Below are positions 56,310 through 64,000 of a stretch of DNA of 64,000 nt, piece by piece. Source of the stretch: an uncultured Lachnospiraceae bacterium (lineage in GTDB: Bacteria; Bacillota; Clostridia; Lachnospirales; Lachnospiraceae); assembly GCA_902760415.1 (NCBI GenBank), contig CACWGK010000003.1, forward strand, positions 217 through 64,216. The letters are read 5' to 3'. A model generated the notes under the pieces. It saw only the letters and a program-made list of their open reading frames with translations, did not search any database and was not told where the DNA came from. The first letter of the stretch is position 1; the number at the start of each line of letters is the position of its first letter. The translations under genes and the position numbers were made by a program.

Positions 56310-56327
56310 ATGTAGAGAGGAATCATT

Positions 56328-57530
56328 ATGAGTTTAAATGATACGCCATCGGGAGAACGTTTAAGAATAAGTTTTTTTGGAAAAAGAAATGCTGGTAAGT
56401 CCAGCCTTGTAAATGCGGTAACAAATCAGCAGCTGGCTGTGGTTTCAGATACTTTGGGAACTACTACGGATCCAGTGCAGAAGGCTATGGAACTTCTGCC
56501 TTTGGGACCTGTTCTTATAACAGATACTCCTGGATTTGATGATTCTGGCAAGCTTGGTGAACTCCGGGTTAAGCGTACTAAGCAGATACTGAACAAGACT
56601 GATATAGCAATTCTGGTTACGGATGCGACAAGACAGTCGGATGTGACAGAACTAGAGCTGCTTAGAATATTTGAAGAGAAGTCGATTCCATTTATCATAG
56701 CAAAGAATAAGTCGGATCTACTTGGAGAAGTGCCTGTTAACGAAGATGGCGCTGGAAATGTTATATATGTCAGTGCAACTGAAAAGACGGGGATCGAAGA
56801 GCTGAAGGAGAGAATTGGACATCTGATTCCTTCTGATGGAAATGGACTGAAACTTGTTGGCGATATTATAGAGCCGGGGCAGCTGGTGGTTCTCGTGATT
56901 CCTATAGATAAGGCGGCACCAAAGGGAAGACTTATCTTGCCACAGCAGCAGGCGATTAGAGATATACTCGATGCTGGTGCATTTGCAATCACGACTAGAG
57001 ATACAGAACTTGCTGATTTACTTGAGAAACTCAGGGCCTCTGGACAAAATCCAGACCTGGTAATCACTGATAGTCAGGCATTTGAAAAGGTTAATAAGAT
57101 TGTTCCAAAGGGTATCGAGCTTACTTCATTTTCGATACTGATGGCGCGTTATAAGGGATTCCTTGATACAGCTGTGAAGGGTGCCAGAGCGATTGACGAG
57201 CTAAGCGATGGTGACAAGATTCTGATAAGTGAAGGCTGCACGCACCATAGACAGTGTGGAGATATCGGAACTGTGAAGCTTCCGAAATGGCTATCGGAAC
57301 GAACAGGAAAGAATCTTGTGATCGAGACCACGTCGGGAGCAGATTTCCCAGACAGTCTTGAAGAATACAAGTTAGTAGTACATTGTGGCGGCTGTATGTT
57401 AAGTGCGAGAGAAATGGTATATCGCATGAAGTGTGCTGAGGATATGAACGTTCCATTCACCAACTACGGAATAGCCATAGCCTACATGAAGGGAATCCTC
57501 GATAGAACCATCGCCCCAATATATAAATGA
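56328..57530 (+). CDS. hydF: [FeFe]-hydrogenase H-cluster maturation GTPase HydF
   Basis: G1 GKRNAGKSS, G3 DTPG, G4 NKSD, and the C-terminal cluster motif EGCTHHRQCGDIG ... VHCGGC. It is colinear with Thermotoga HydF as I recall it. Confidence 0.9.
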   Translation: MSLNDTPSGERLRISFFGKRNAGKSSLVNAVTNQQLAVVSDTLGTTTDPVQKAMELLPLGPVLITDTPGFDDSGKLGELRVKRTKQILNKTDIAILVTDATRQSDVTELELLRIFEEKSIPFIIAKNKSDLLGEVPVNEDGAGNVIYVSATEKTGIEELKERIGHLIPSDGNGLKLVGDIIEPGQLVVLVIPIDKAAPKGRLILPQQQAIRDILDAGAFAITTRDTELADLLEKLRASGQNPDLVITDSQAFEKVNKIVPKGIELTSFSILMARYKGFLDTAVKGARAIDELSDGDKILISEGCTHHRQCGDIGTVKLPKWLSERTGKNLVIETTSGADFPDSLEEYKLVVHCGGCMLSAREMVYRMKCAEDMNVPFTNYGIAIAYMKGILDRTIAPIYK

Positions 57531-57608
57531 GTCACCTATCACGTCCGACGTAAATGGTGACTCAAAAATGAGTCAGCATTTACGTCGGACGTGGAAAGTG
57601 ACTCATTT
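57525..57608. repeat. Palindromic repeat element, inverted-dimer copy C (overlaps hydF stop codon)
   Basis: AAATGAGTCACCTATCACGTCCGACGTAAATGGTGACTCAAAAATGAGTCAGCATTTACGTCGGACGTGGAAAGTGACTCATTT. The hydF TGA (57528-57530) lies within the element terminus. Confidence 0.9.
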
Positions 57609-57634
57609 GGTTTGAGATTTTTTGGAGAATTAGC

Positions 57635-58723
57635 ATGAGTAATGAGAAGTTTTCATTAATAGATAAGTTGGCGGAGCAGCATTCTTTATCCCGAGCTGAG
57701 TGGACGACTCTTCTCGGAGGTGACGAGGCTTCGCTCTTTGAGAGGGCTGGGAAACTTCAGCCTGAAGAAGAGGAAGTGCTTCAGTACGCGGCTGCAAAGG
57801 CTAGGAAGGTAGCGACTTCAGTATATGGCAGTGATGTATATATCAGAGGAATTGTCGAGTTCAGCAATACCTGCAATAAGAACTGCTACTACTGCGGCCT
57901 TCGTGCCGGTAACTCGAAGCTTCAGAGATATCGCCTCACCGTGGAAGATATTCTCGAATGCTGCGAGGATGGCTATAAGTATGGATTTAGAACCTTCGTC
58001 TTGCAAAGTGGAGAAGATCCTTACTATACAACAGAAATGATATGCGACCTCGTAAAGCGTCTTAAGCAGGACTATCCAGATTGTGCTGTGACTCTTTCCC
58101 TTGGGGAGAAGTCATACGAAGAGTATAAGGCCTATCGTGAGGCGGGAGCTGATAGATATTTGCTAAGACATGAGACTGCAAATGAGGAGCATTACGGAAA
58201 ACTTCATCCAGAGAATATGTCCTGGAAGAACCGAATGAGATGTCTAAGAGATCTTAAATCTCTTGGATACCAGACAGGATGCGGAGTGATGATTGGTTCA
58301 CCGAATCAGACGGTCGAATGCCTTGTAGACGACATGATGTTTATGCAGGAGTTTGAGCCGGAAATGATAGGACTCGGTCCATTTCTTCCACATAGTGATA
58401 CACCATTTAAGGAAGAACCTAAAGGTTCATATGAGATGACGCTGTTCCTGATCAGTCTATGTCGTCTGATGCTGCCACACGCACTTATTCCAGCTACGAC
58501 AGCACTTGGAACCATAAAGCCTGACGGACGTGAACAGGGAATCCTTGCTGGCGCAAATGTCATAATGCCAAATCTTTCTCCTGTTCAGGTGAGGGACAAA
58601 TATATGCTTTACGACAACAAGATATGCACAGGAGATACGTCATCGGAGTGCCGTGATTGTATCGAGCGTCGCATGGAGCTGATTGGATATAATGTTGTAA
58701 TCTCTAGAGGAGATTACAAGTAA
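57635..58723 (+). CDS. hydE: [FeFe]-hydrogenase H-cluster radical SAM maturase HydE
   Basis: Radical SAM motif [37 protein letters not shown] and [10 protein letters not shown] closely match HydE rather than BioB or HydG. Confidence 0.9.
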   Translation: MSNEKFSLIDKLAEQHSLSRAEWTTLLGGDEASLFERAGKLQPEEEEVLQYAAAKARKVATSVYGSDVYIRGIVEFSNTCNKNCYYCGLRAGNSKLQRYRLTVEDILECCEDGYKYGFRTFVLQSGEDPYYTTEMICDLVKRLKQDYPDCAVTLSLGEKSYEEYKAYREAGADRYLLRHETANEEHYGKLHPENMSWKNRMRCLRDLKSLGYQTGCGVMIGSPNQTVECLVDDMMFMQEFEPEMIGLGPFLPHSDTPFKEEPKGSYEMTLFLISLCRLMLPHALIPATTALGTIKPDGREQGILAGANVIMPNLSPVQVRDKYMLYDNKICTGDTSSECRDCIERRMELIGYNVVISRGDYK

Positions 58724-58740
58724 TATATAAAGGAAATGAT

Positions 58741-59490
58741 ATGATTAAGTTTGCAATATATGGAAAAGGCGGAATAGGAAAGTCTACACTGTCGTCGAAT
58801 CTTTCTGCGGCCCTCGCAAAGAGAGGACTCACAGTTATGCAGATTGGCTGTGATCCAAAGGCTGATTCAACGTCACTTCTATGTCCGAAGGAGAAGATAA
58901 CAACTGTTCTTGATCTTGTTAGAAGTGGTAAGCCATTTACCCTGGAGGATATGGTCAAGGAAAGTACAGCAGGCGTTTTATGTGTTGAGGCAGGAGGCCC
59001 GGTTCCTGGACTTGGTTGTGCAGGCCGAGGCATTATAAATGCTTTGGAATCGCTGGAGCAGAAGGGCGCTTATGATGTGTATAAGCCTGATGTCGTCATT
59101 TACGATGTACTCGGAGACGTGGTCTGCGGAGGCTTCACTATGCCTATGCGTAAGGGCTACGCGGATAAGGTATACATAGTAACATCGGGTGAGAAGATGG
59201 CGATATACGCGGCTGCCAATATAGCTATGGCGGTTGAGAACTTCAAGAAGCGTGACTACGCAAAACTTGGTGGAATCATACTGAACTGCCGTGGAGTGGA
59301 AAATGAGATAGACAATGCTGAGACTCTTGCAAAGGATTTCAGTACAAGTGTTCTGCAGGTTATTCCAAGAAGCCCACTGTTTGAAAAGGCCGAGGCTGAA
59401 GGAAAGACTGTAATCGAACTCTTCCCGGAAAGCGATGTTGCGGAGAAGCTGCTTTCGCTTGCAGATATAGTTATCGAGCAGGGTGAATAA
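58741..59490 (+). CDS. NifH-like ATPase / nitrogenase-like reductase component 2 (copy 1)
   Basis: P-loop [10 protein letters not shown]. Both [4Fe-4S] ligand contexts are conserved (GLGCAGRG and [12 protein letters not shown]). It is only 249 aa and starts 18 nt after hydE. Confidence 0.85.
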   Translation: MIKFAIYGKGGIGKSTLSSNLSAALAKRGLTVMQIGCDPKADSTSLLCPKEKITTVLDLVRSGKPFTLEDMVKESTAGVLCVEAGGPVPGLGCAGRGIINALESLEQKGAYDVYKPDVVIYDVLGDVVCGGFTMPMRKGYADKVYIVTSGEKMAIYAAANIAMAVENFKKRDYAKLGGIILNCRGVENEIDNAETLAKDFSTSVLQVIPRSPLFEKAEAEGKTVIELFPESDVAEKLLSLADIVIEQGE

Positions 59491-59547
59491 GACAGATAGA
59501 ATTAGGATAGATAGATTTAAGTTATATAGAATGTAAGGAAGAAGAGT

Positions 59548-60975
59548 ATGCTGGAAGCGTTACATACAAAAGAAAATCGAATACCAGAACCAGTTCTTCT
59601 TAAAGATATAGACTTTGAGACCCCATTTTACGAAGGACTTCAGTATAATCCACCAGCGCGTGGTGTGTGGAATATAGTCCACACAGGTATGCTGATTCCA
59701 GAGGCACATCAGGTATATGTCTGTGCACAGGGGTGTCTCAGGGGTGTTATACTCACGGCGGCTGAGATGAATCTGATGGATAGGATGTCCTGGGTATCAC
59801 TTCGTGAGAAGGATATGTGGAATGGAGAAATGGAGTCCCGCGTGGTTGAAGGCGTTGCTCACATAGTGAGTCAAATGGAGAACCGCCCAAGATGTATACT
59901 TGTTTACCTTAGCTGTATGCATATGTTTGAGGGCTGTGACTTCAAGGTGATTGCTGATGAGCTGTCCGAGAGATTTCCTGGTACAACATTTGTTGACTGC
60001 TATATGACGCCAACTATGAGAAAAAGTATCTCGCCGGACGCTATGATGAAGGCTAGTCTCTATGATCCGATAATTCCTCTACCTAAGAAGGAGAATCTGG
60101 TGGGACTCGTTGGCTGCGATAGAGAGACAGACAGAACCTCAGATATCTTCGAGATTGCAAAGCTGGCAGGACGCGACATATGGGAGATTAATTCCTGCGA
60201 GACTTATGATCAGTACCTAGAACTTGGTAGTGCTGCGCGTCTTATATCATATCTTCCGGTCGCAAATGTGGGAGTCAGAAAGCTGGCTGGTCGAATCGGT
60301 GCTGAGTGGAAATATCTACCTATAAGCTACGACTTCGAGGAATGCAAGGAAAATGTATGGCAGCTGGCAGAGTTCCTGACAGGGACTGAACTAAGAGGAC
60401 AGCAAGCAGATAAAGAGAAGAATGTTATAGAACATATTGAGGAATATATCTCTGAAAAGAGTAAACTGGCGGACGAAGCATTCAAAAAAGCTCATGCGAA
60501 GATTAAGGATACACCGATAGTTATAGATTATTCGGCAACCCCTCGTCCTCTCGGACTTGCGCTGCTGCTTACAAAGTATGGATTTAATGTAACTACCATT
60601 TATACAGATATATTCCAGAAGGAAGAACGTGCAGCGTACGAAGAACTTCTGGAGCTGAGGCCAGAAATGAAGATATATTCCACCATGGACCCAGCCATGC
60701 GATTTGCTGACAACGAATATGAAAATGAGTCAGCATTTACGTCGGACGTAAAAAGTGACTCATTTTTAAAGGGGGATAAGATACTAGCTATCGGTCAGAA
60801 GGCAGCATACTTTGTGCATACACCGTATTTCGTAAATATTGCTGATGGCGGTGGAATGTATGGAATCGACGGACTTAGACGAATGGCAGAGGAATTGCTG
60901 GATGCCTATAAGAAAACAAAGGATACTAAGAAGTTGATAAGTCATAAGGGTATCGGTTGCGCCAGCTGTTTGTAG
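59548..60975 (+). CDS. Nitrogenase component-1-type (NifD/K/E/N, BchN/B-like) oxidoreductase subunit
   Basis: 475 aa. The Cys motifs VCAQGC and LSCMHMFEGCDF sit where component-1 proteins carry cluster ligands. The LVGLVGCDRE...DIFEIAKLAG pattern is typical of the family. Confidence 0.7.
   Translation: MLEALHTKENRIPEPVLLKDIDFETPFYEGLQYNPPARGVWNIVHTGMLIPEAHQVYVCAQGCLRGVILTAAEMNLMDRMSWVSLREKDMWNGEMESRVVEGVAHIVSQMENRPRCILVYLSCMHMFEGCDFKVIADELSERFPGTTFVDCYMTPTMRKSISPDAMMKASLYDPIIPLPKKENLVGLVGCDRETDRTSDIFEIAKLAGRDIWEINSCETYDQYLELGSAARLISYLPVANVGVRKLAGRIGAEWKYLPISYDFEECKENVWQLAEFLTGTELRGQQADKEKNVIEHIEEYISEKSKLADEAFKKAHAKIKDTPIVIDYSATPRPLGLALLLTKYGFNVTTIYTDIFQKEERAAYEELLELRPEMKIYSTMDPAMRFADNEYENESAFTSDVKSDSFLKGDKILAIGQKAAYFVHTPYFVNIADGGGMYGIDGLRRMAEELLDAYKKTKDTKKLISHKGIGCASCL
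60721..60768. repeat. Palindromic repeat element, monomer copy E, in-frame inside the Nif-like gene
   Basis: GAAAATGAGTCAGCATTTACGTCGGACGTAAAAAGTGACTCATTTTTA is translated as [16 protein letters not shown]. Confidence 0.9.
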
Positions 60976-61011
60976 AATAAAAGATAGAAAAAAAGATAGA
61001 AAGAATCAGAA

Positions 61012-62283
61012 ATGAATCAAACTGCGAGAAGAATATCAATATATGCTGCGGACACATCGGGATTTTGCTCTGCTCTATATGAGTATGGCGGAATGACCGT
61101 AATTCATGATGCATCCGGCTGCAACTCGACATATACAACTCACGACGAACCTCGCTGGTACGATAAGGACAGTATGATGTACATATCAGGGTTCACTGAG
61201 AAAGACGCAATCATGGGAAATGACGAGCGCTTTGTCCATGATCTTGTACTGGCGGCAAAGGAATTAAATCCGAAGTTTATCGCTATATGTGCGTCACCTC
61301 TTCCTGCTATGACCGGCGTCGATCTTGAAGCAATAGCCTACGAGGTTGAAGCAGAGACAGGCATACCAAGCTTTAATGTGAGAACAAATGGAATGCAGAG
61401 CTATATAACAGGCGCGGGAAATGCATTTGTGGAGCTCGCTAAGCATTTTACAAAACCTGTAAATAAGGTAAGACCACTAAGGACTGGTTCAAATGTCGGA
61501 CTCCCTGGAGCGGCAGAAGTGCTGGTAAATGTACTCGGCCTCACACCACTGGATTTCCCTCTTGAAGGTACAGTGTGGGCTCTTAGAAAATGGCTCGCAG
61601 AACATGAACTGATGGTAAATGCAACCGTCGGCATGGATACGTCCTTAGAACAGATTGAAGTTCTTGCCGAAGCTGATGTAAATCTGGTTGTTAGTTCAGT
61701 CGGCATGCCGCTGGCGGAGTATCTATATAATGAGTATGGAATCCCGTACGTAGTGGGCGCTCCATTTGGAGATATTAAGTCCACATCGATTTTAGGATTT
61801 AATGTAAAGGTGGCAGCGACTGATGGCGAGAATGCACTCAGTTGTAAAATGCTGAATCCTTGCGGCAGAAAGATAGCAATCATTGGTGAGAGCGTAACAT
61901 CAAGATCCCTCGCAAATGCAATCTATCAGGAGTTCAACATCTCTGCAAGAGTTCTGGAAAGCGTGGGGGATGGATTTATGCAGGCCCTAAATAAGCTAGT
62001 GGATCAGAAGCTCTGGGCAGGACAATTCGATAATGATATTAGCGAACAGCTGGATGATGTGTCCTGCGACGATGAGGATATACTGGAGCAGGAAATCCAG
62101 AAGTCCGATATAATAATCGGCGACCCGCTCTTTGAACCGATATGCTACGGAAAGACATTTATAAGACTTCCTCATATGGCATTTTCGGGAAGATGTTTCA
62201 CTAAGGAAGAAGTGCAACTCATTGGCACGCCACTTAGGGAGACATCCGTTGGAAAAGCTTTAGCAAAGACTCTGGGAAAGTAA
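61012..62283 (+). CDS. Nitrogenase component-1-type oxidoreductase subunit (partner)
   Basis: 423 aa. VIHDASGCNS (the H-x3-G-C motif) and AICASPLPAMTGVD (the C...G-x-D motif) are characteristic of the Oxidored_nitro family. Confidence 0.75.
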   Translation: MNQTARRISIYAADTSGFCSALYEYGGMTVIHDASGCNSTYTTHDEPRWYDKDSMMYISGFTEKDAIMGNDERFVHDLVLAAKELNPKFIAICASPLPAMTGVDLEAIAYEVEAETGIPSFNVRTNGMQSYITGAGNAFVELAKHFTKPVNKVRPLRTGSNVGLPGAAEVLVNVLGLTPLDFPLEGTVWALRKWLAEHELMVNATVGMDTSLEQIEVLAEADVNLVVSSVGMPLAEYLYNEYGIPYVVGAPFGDIKSTSILGFNVKVAATDGENALSCKMLNPCGRKIAIIGESVTSRSLANAIYQEFNISARVLESVGDGFMQALNKLVDQKLWAGQFDNDISEQLDDVSCDDEDILEQEIQKSDIIIGDPLFEPICYGKTFIRLPHMAFSGRCFTKEEVQLIGTPLRETSVGKALAKTLGK

Positions 62284-62315
62284 CATTTTACTAAGATAAT
62301 AGAGGTATAAGATAA

Positions 62316-63071
62316 ATGATTAAAATTGCGATATATGGCAAAGGTGGAATCGGAAAGTCTACAGTTACATCAAATCTTTCGGCCGCACTTGCTTCGCTTG
62401 GTAAAAAGGTAATACAGATTGGCTGTGATCCTAAGGCGGATTCTACTGCAAATCTTCTGTCGGGAAGCCCTGTAACTCCAGTTATGAATTATATGCGTGA
62501 TACAGGAGAGGAACCAACAAGCCTTGATGAGATAGCAAAGGAAGGCTTTGGCGGAGTAGTCTGCATAGAGACAGGCGGCCCAACTCCAGGTCTTGGCTGT
62601 GCAGGTAGAGGTATCATTACCACATTTTCCCTCCTGGAAGAGTTAGAGCTCTACAAGAAGTACCAGCCGGATGCTGTTCTATATGATGTTCTAGGTGACG
62701 TAGTATGTGGTGGTTTTGCGGCACCAATCAGAGAAGGCTATGCTGATAAGGTTCTCATAGTTACGTCTGGAGAAAAAATGGCGCTTTATGCGGCCAACAA
62801 CATAAATACGGCAGTTAAGAACTTTGAAGACAGAAGCTACGCAAAAGTTCGCGGTATAGTAATGAACAGGCGTGCTGTTGAAGGAGAAGAGGAGAAGGTT
62901 CGCGCCTTCGCAGAGTCTTCAGGGCTTGATATAGTAGCTGATATCCCACGTACAAATGATATTATTCATTACGAGGATATGGGCAAGACAGTAATCGAAG
63001 GTGATCCTAGCCTTGAAGTAAGTAAGAGATTCCTTGCGCTGGCTCAGCTCCTTATCGATGAAGATGAATAA
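62316..63071 (+). CDS. NifH-like ATPase / nitrogenase-like reductase component 2 (copy 2)
   Basis: [18 protein letters not shown] and [12 protein letters not shown] are all conserved. It is 251 aa and a paralogue of 58741-59490. Confidence 0.85.
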   Translation: MIKIAIYGKGGIGKSTVTSNLSAALASLGKKVIQIGCDPKADSTANLLSGSPVTPVMNYMRDTGEEPTSLDEIAKEGFGGVVCIETGGPTPGLGCAGRGIITTFSLLEELELYKKYQPDAVLYDVLGDVVCGGFAAPIREGYADKVLIVTSGEKMALYAANNINTAVKNFEDRSYAKVRGIVMNRRAVEGEEEKVRAFAESSGLDIVADIPRTNDIIHYEDMGKTVIEGDPSLEVSKRFLALAQLLIDEDE

Positions 63072-63117
63072 ACAAACTAAAGAATAAACAAGCTAAAGAA
63101 TGGATATATTTTAGATA

Positions 63118-64000
63118 ATGACAAATGCATTTTATAAAACAACTAAAGAATTGGCAGAACTAGGACTGTCAGGTCTTCCGGGGGAACTTAAGTCAAGCGA
63201 CCATTTGATCTATAGTTCACCAGCAACCCTTTACTTCAATTCGCCTGGTGCTAAGGGGTTTGGAGTTAAAAGGGCCGGACTTGCCGTGCCTGAATCAGTC
63301 ATGCTTCTGGTATCACCGGGATGCTGCGGTAGAAATACATCACTCTTTAGAACAGCTCCAGAATATAAGGATAAGTTCTTCTTTCAACTTCTAGATGATA
63401 CTGATATTGTAACAGGCCGACACCTTACGAAGATTCCACAGGCAGCTGAGGAATTACTTCAAACACTTGAAATAAGTGGCAAGGCAAGACCTTCAGCAAT
63501 AATGATATGCATCACCTGCGTAGATGCACTTCTCGGAACAGATATGGAGCGAGTATGCCGTAAGGTTACAGAGAAGACAGGCGTTCCTGCAGTTGCATGT
63601 TATATGTATGCACTCACTAGAGAGAAGAGGCTTCCACCTATGGCGGCAGTTAGAACGAGTGTATATTCTCTGCTGGAAAAAGTTGAGAAGAGGAACTCTG
63701 CCGATATAAATATCCTGGGATACTTTACTCCACTATTTGATTCGTCGGAAATCTATCCGCTTATGAAATCAATCGGTGTTAAGAATATTCGCGAACTGTC
63801 ACGTGCGAAGACATTTGAAGAATATAAGGAAATGTCGAAAGCAAACTTTAGTCTTGTGCTAAATCCAGAGGCACGTGCGGCGGCGCAGGATATGCAGGAT
63901 AGACTGGGAATACCATTTATCGAGCTCCTTCGGCTCTATAGAATAGATAAGATTCATAATCAATATAAGTCATTGGGAGATGCGCTGGGAGCAAATCTTG
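63118..64000 (+). CDS. Nitrogenase component-1-type oxidoreductase subunit (3' end outside window)
   Basis: This gene is not in the ORF track because it has no stop in the window. By manual translation, the frame is open from ATG 63118 to base 64000: MTNAFYKTTKELAELGLSGLPGELK...LLVSPGCCGRNTS...IMICITCVDALLGTD...INILGYFTPL.... The start codon choice is uncertain. Confidence 0.65.
   Translation, partial: MTNAFYKTTKELAELGLSGLPGELKSSDHLIYSSPATLYFNSPGAKGFGVKRAGLAVPESVMLLVSPGCCGRNTSLFRTAPEYKDKFFFQLLDDTDIVTGRHLTKIPQAAEELLQTLEISGKARPSAIMICITCVDALLGTDMERVCRKVTEKTGVPAVACYMYALTREKRLPPMAAVRTSVYSLLEKVEKRNSADINILGYFTPLFDSSEIYPLMKSIGVKNIRELSRAKTFEEYKEMSKANFSLVLNPEARAAAQDMQDRLGIPFIELLRLYRIDKIHNQYKSLGDALGANL

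Noticed and set aside
58741-64000. Calling the cluster a bona fide nifHDK nitrogenase (nitrogen fixation).
   Set aside because: The NifH-like proteins are only about 250 aa. No nifB, nifE/N or nifV-type assembly genes or regulators are visible, and the large subunits are smaller and divergent. The conservative call is a nitrogenase-like (Nfl/group-IV-style) system of unknown function.
1-64000. Searched by eye for tRNA/rRNA genes, IS elements, integrases, toxin-antitoxin pairs, restriction-modification genes or known phage-defence genes.
   Set aside because: None were recognised. All sizeable ORFs are accounted for by housekeeping, signalling, transport or metallocofactor genes.

Overview
This is a 64-kb chromosomal segment of a low-GC (about 40% by eye) Gram-positive anaerobe. 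By inference it is a Clostridia/Lachnospiraceae-type genome, based on a T-box leader, [FeFe]-hydrogenase maturases, SleB/amidase cell-wall genes and many GGDEF proteins. I recognise about 47 protein genes, and all but murG are on the + strand. I found no rRNA, tRNA, CRISPR array, transposase, integrase or phage genes. All assignments come from motif recognition on the supplied translations; no database search was possible.

Gene order:
- a GC-rich HAD hydrolase 3' fragment and a start-less gene remnant
- a MoxR / DUF58 / giant triple-VWA membrane protein operon
- a NifU-like + GGGtGRT two-gene operon
- GGDEF cyclase, GDPD-like lipoprotein, PaaI thioesterase, Nif11-like small protein, second GGDEF cyclase
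- an orphan leader or small RNA with a very long hairpin
- MacB-type ABC ATPase + 927-aa FtsX permease
- murG (- strand)
- aldo/keto reductase, Fe-alcohol dehydrogenase, SDR epimerase, pgcA
- GGDEF-GGDEF-EAL protein
- 1285-aa RND pump
- map, DAP-decarboxylase-family enzyme, MscS-like protein, alpha/beta hydrolase, DUF218 protein
- T-box, pheS, pheT, queA
- membrane GDPD, small multidrug-export-family protein, amidase, SleB-like hydrolase
- LytTR regulator + AgrC-like kinase, Ca-type P-ATPase, DUF975 protein
- OmpR regulator + kinase, Na/Pi-PhoU transporter
- TM1266-type hydrogenase-system regulator, hydF, hydE
- directly downstream, two tandem nitrogenase-like modules (NifH-like, component-1-like x2, NifH-like, component-1-like running off the window)

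Most noteworthy:
1. An unnamed palindromic repeat family of about 47-bp units has 5 copies. Three are intergenic inverted dimers sitting at stop codons. Two are monomers inserted in-frame in queA and in a Nif-like gene, adding the same NESA(V/F)[10 protein letters not shown] peptide (Rickettsia-RPE-like behaviour).
2. The hydF-hydE genes are apparently co-transcribed with a duplicated Nif-like (group-IV-style) reductase cluster of unknown function.
3. A terminator-containing leader lies upstream of hydF.
4. An uncharacterised GGGtGRT/NifU-like operon is present.
5. A compositional junction with a truncated gene lies at the left edge.
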